Virus record (IMG/VR): IMGVR_UViG_3300037991_004413 | Location: 1-37,355 of that record | Strand: one strand, 5' to 3' | Source of the DNA: a virus | Taxonomy: Duplodnaviria > Caudoviricetes | DNA: 37,355 nt | Part shown: piece after piece, positions 35,601 to 37,355 of the stretch | Position numbering within the stretch: position 1 is the first letter of the stretch | Layout of the letters: every line of letters begins with the position of its first letter | Position numbers and translations under genes: made by a program | Notes under the pieces: generated by a model | Seen by the model: only the letters and a program-made list of their open reading frames with translations | Told to the model about the DNA's origin: nothing | Database searches by the model: none

Positions 35601-37355
35601 TAGTTTAATAAGTAGTGGGAATGTAACTTCAGCAGGAGGTACTTATAAAGTATTTATTGGTGGAACAGATTTTACCACAGCAAATACTGTTACATATACT
35701 GTACTTAGTGAATCAGGAGTAGACGCAACTATTGGAAATCAAAGTGGTGCATATACAATTGCATCAAGCGGATTAGGTGATATTGGTACTGTTACTTTTA
35801 GAGCTACAATCGCAGCTTCAGTTTCACCTTCAGGTGTTGCTACAACTATTGACCAACAGTATGTAATAGTAAAATCAAAAACAGGAGCAGCTGGATCGGC
35901 AGGTTCTGCAGGTAGAAGTACACATTTAAGTTCAACTGCATATGCAATCTCATATGATGCAACAGGTTTAAATCCTACTCCAAGTAGTATTGATTTAACA
36001 GCAACTGCACAAAACTTTGATGCAGCACGACATAAGTTTGAACTAGATGGAAGCACAATTCAAAATTTTGGTACTAGTAATACTATGACATCTGGTAGTG
36101 ATTTAGATATGCCAAGTAGCGTATTTACTACTCCAAAAATTTATAAAGTAACCACAAAAGAAAATGCTGATGCAAGTATTACAGCATTTGACACAATATC
36201 AGTTTATGGAGTTCAACAAGGAACAACAGGAGATTCAATATATCTAACCAATGCGGCACATACATTCCCTGCTGCAAACAATGGAACTGTTGCAGATTCA
36301 GACGAAGCTGTTGGAGCAACAGAAATAAGAGTATTTAGAGGAGCAACTCAGCTAACTTTTGATAATTCAGGAAGTGGTGGTAATGCTGGAACAACAACTT
36401 ATAAAGTTATATCAGCTACTTCATCTACAACAAGTGGTGAAGACGATATTACTATGGCCGCTTCTACTTCTAATAATCAAAGAGTTTTTACACCAACTGC
36501 TGTAAGACAAGGTTCTGATACAGGTATCGTAACATTTACTATAAAAGTAAACGGAGTAAATACTACCGCAATATACTCATTTAGTAAATCGAAAAAAGGT
36601 GATACTGGAGACGACGGTAATAATCAAGCAACAATAAAACTATATAAACGAAATAATAATATGTTAAGTGGCCCTGCTCACCCAGACCATAGAACTAGTT
36701 ATAGATTCACAACAGGAGTTTTAACTGGTGATGATGCAGGTAGTGCTGGTGGCGGAGGCTTTGGTAGTAATGCAGCAGATTTAGATGGTTGGTCACAAGA
36801 TAGAGATATAGCCGTTGGAAGTAACTTTGTATTATGGAGTTGTTCTGCTACTGCAATAGGAAATACAGACTATGATGTAATAGAAGTTGCCGATTGGGAC
36901 GATCCAGTTGTTGAATCTGCAGCTTTACCAAGGTTTAGAAGAGTACGAGTTTTTTATGATGCATGGACACCTGATTCTCCTAACTTTGTATTAGCAAATA
37001 ATTGGGCAACATCGTTCAATACAACATATGATTCAGCAGGTAATGGGCAAGGAGTAAAATATGATTTTGATAATGATACAATTGCACTTGGAACAAATAA
37101 TACTAATACTGCAACTAGAAATGGTGTTAGTGGCTCTTGGAGTACAACTTTAGGAAGTCTGCCTTATGCAGAAGCTACTTTAAGTATTAGAGAAGACAGT
37201 CCTGGTGGTAATCAAACTATCACTATATTATATATGACAGGATTAAGTGATATTATAAAAATACCAAGAGATGGATTAGAATTACAATGGGACGACAGTA
37301 ATGATAGACTCAAATTTAGATTAGGAGATGATTTAGCTTTTCAAAATGCTACTTA
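29650..37355 (+). CDS. Giant baseplate hub (T5 pb3-like) fused to FNIII and Ig-like fibre repeats; >2,560 aa, truncated by window edge (not in ORF track)
   Basis: TAATG overlap, GAGGAGG RBS; MAKRIIDSAIETHL..EPFEYAHLIKFERP, SHWGDF.QVNGR.T, LPVVYG, NPALQ..D.LTN.RYGKG; no in-frame stop seen in the stretches read and none implied by the ORF track. Confidence 0.9.
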   Translation, partial: MAKRIIDSAIETHLINNEPFEYAHLIKFERPFHSKDGEFRSNDNRFVHLTDGARDIEFRGDTYRAHQLVTVGNYSETVQAKATNMNLTMPGEYLGSEVVVTGTLSANNSARALSDTATLEVTTTFYEGYKFDWIEQGFKVGDKISIKRNNGQVFAAGTDAASVVRPATNEKRFIIAGVSNDNLTITLKQTGIDEDDSSFLVSNSSDTFKVALLNDELRGALQDKGTESTLNQDVRNSTTLTIQTANNKIELGQLVSGIGVEVETYVTSVSGTTITVSKSQNYISASTKLVFTNPSFINRKVEVYKVFFDSEGNMLGNGVLTFKGFITSTNIQEAPNSSKVQWNMTSHWGDFTQVNGRITSDEIHRALDSNGKPQKALAVRPSYAGDLGFLHGDSSLNALATYQTSETRYRNKSKKRGGLAGLLGGTKNYIEEYQETVDHEVDLSVYLQGKFLPVVYGVQRVPGIPVFADTKANDPNQVYVAYAIAEGEIMGIYNMYVDNQSILCVDEQDSDLRSLTNTDTDDSQVLVCVGRVDQGQTLGGADATSGGTLSFEEWLDEMGEELEDEWNGDNDHLFGEYEDYVALNEGAIGNVSASNNAGGLQHKESITVGHPFDMKFEFHSGQPHQKASNMLVSVAQATGDANKFKRQVDYYTGDEPYWSTHSRLLDTAYVATKFTVDPDQTTVPEIEYVVRGKSIDAYNYDGTFFPDPVYQLSTHSDFGGEADSEANFKEGDIVTVETSSNGTTWQAETNFRILHKYQLQSTRNTFEYRFILDKMPNLGINGVSGIEITNAGSGYTSNPTISFSGGGGSGAAASTEKVVKSTFGVKHTQGFINNSNGSLTGARITDAGSGYTSAPTVSISGGGGSGATATAIVGEYGVPIRKFVRLKSSNNKYWHMMTWNTNVHDTPVNFATSNSLGVSSMVTNSNGYIEITLTSDGATKIGQLYPNISNSSDTSNAYIQLGGTLPAVIGSVKDKTLRVTKSGNVLTVLGRKFNANVSNFASGVTVHPASAYYLQSTTHDHRTNISALTSAELVGSYLEHVETGEFRRIESVDTSNNIVFLESGLAFTPTITGTLSNNDTYVIHGKGLDRRSSINPALQTTDMLTNNRYGKGLSIEDDIDIASVRESALLCDTRSDVIVPLDGTSANVVAGEVYKLTDGSGNHIASGKVTKTVSNATSVTFTDVSGKFCRDYHNYILYRPGDILRTFDGTTPKYFRFTGGTAAYQATQPTATGGNWTLLTGTSVNLTRVDAFGTSGSSTIPMEIEGVRLRYTLYDSDFVRYWRYIGWEDNRQWAVTRHQTNFVIDTSKSVFANMNAILSHYNGILSYSNGKYVLDVETQEATPTASISNGIQSNPEYIDESDIIGTINLNDNSNKNGKNTIKASINDPQNHFGSRSVSFFNSDYLKADRNVVKTGSYPVTGITSYYNARIGVEKELVQSRFSKEISFTVGPRGLLLKPGQVFALTYAPFGFESKLFRIENLTFNANCNTSIKAREYDDTIYAITEQTASRAHRSSAGIRTTLTAPGAPTSLATATAKPGIITLNWTNASDYKEASDSTEIWRATSQSGNASTAVTAHATLISVVDNAQTFNDAVGTPGTYYYWIRHTRMTARTGTNAAQKLDGNFDIVSGTTSRNSNQGVSGTANLLSPQLDVDISSMQIKFNDSGSISPSGSAQDVTATATLRNINASSVDFKIVDLNYTSGTNSQNDVLFTSPAAANATVNTSGSPKTASITIDADTASENTTNKFLLVQATDTGETFTEKIPITITKDGSSGSIGSDAFAVKIVPNRHVVTYSAKRDVEEETDTSNITFDCSGDLTQGTFTGTKKYEFIVTPPGGGARTAQASSATDTFTLDDNAAVTVAFTNGSNAAVASGGTSDFQVGQSVRASAVPNNTTVTALSGNNITLSANATATGNFTTDISDEPGAGQVTTVKVKLRQGSSNTVLAQDSVSIFGVKDGSDAITAFLTNPSHTVPTDSSGNIDASLISSGNVTSAGGTYKVFIGGTDFTTANTVTYTVLSESGVDATIGNQSGAYTIASSGLGDIGTVTFRATIAASVSPSGVATTIDQQYVIVKSKTGAAGSAGSAGRSTHLSSTAYAISYDATGLNPTPSSIDLTATAQNFDAARHKFELDGSTIQNFGTSNTMTSGSDLDMPSSVFTTPKIYKVTTKENADASITAFDTISVYGVQQGTTGDSIYLTNAAHTFPAANNGTVADSDEAVGATEIRVFRGATQLTFDNSGSGGNAGTTTYKVISATSSTTSGEDDITMAASTSNNQRVFTPTAVRQGSDTGIVTFTIKVNGVNTTAIYSFSKSKKGDTGDDGNNQATIKLYKRNNNMLSGPAHPDHRTSYRFTTGVLTGDDAGSAGGGGFGSNAADLDGWSQDRDIAVGSNFVLWSCSATAIGNTDYDVIEVADWDDPVVESAALPRFRRVRVFYDAWTPDSPNFVLANNWATSFNTTYDSAGNGQGVKYDFDNDTIALGTNNTNTATRNGVSGSWSTTLGSLPYAEATLSIREDSPGGNQTITILYMTGLSDIIKIPRDGLELQWDDSNDRLKFRLGDDLAFQNAT
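32002..32271 (+). repeat. Two Gly-rich protein repeats in the hub ORF
   Basis: GIEITNAGSGYTSNPTISFSGGGGSGAAAS and GARITDAGSGYTSAPTVSISGGGGSGATATA. Confidence 0.8.

Noticed and set aside
1275-36056. Minus-strand ORFs in the track beyond position 1050 (e.g. 1275..1589, 4521..4856, 19312..19761, 35031..35480)
   Set aside because: They lie antisense to well-supported + strand genes and show no recognisable motifs; they are shadow ORFs.
1-37355. tRNA, CRISPR array, intron/intein, DGR or stop-codon reassignment
   Set aside because: Gene packing is nearly continuous under the standard code with all three stops used. No repeat-spacer arrays, cloverleafs or reverse transcriptase were seen by eye, and terL is of normal length.

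Overview
This window is the late (packaging and morphogenesis) region of an AT-rich T5-like siphovirus (Demerecviridae-like gene order), probably infecting a Gram-negative host. From 12657 onward the order follows T5: terL, HNH nicking endonuclease, portal, protease and major capsid (here one ORF), head completion, tail completion, tail terminator, pb6-like tail tube, p140-like tube protein, two tail chaperones, tape measure, Dit, then a >2,500-aa baseplate-hub/fibre ORF that runs off the end and is missing from the ORF track. The main oddity is that terS (2150-2620) and terL (12657), adjacent in T5, are about 10 kb apart. The first 8.7 kb (2150-10864) is a tightly coupled run behind one promoter. 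It encodes IscA, small membrane proteins, CsgF, CsgG, two curlin-like beta-solenoid proteins, a FecR-domain protein, five very basic small proteins and a CHASE2-class III adenylate cyclase. This looks like a phage-encoded curli-type secretion and trans-envelope cAMP signalling system. Four consensus sigma70 promoters (two apparently leaderless), a nested internal start for the capsid protein and a candidate +1 frameshift in the tail chaperone genes are also visible. All family assignments come from motif recognition by eye; no searches were run.
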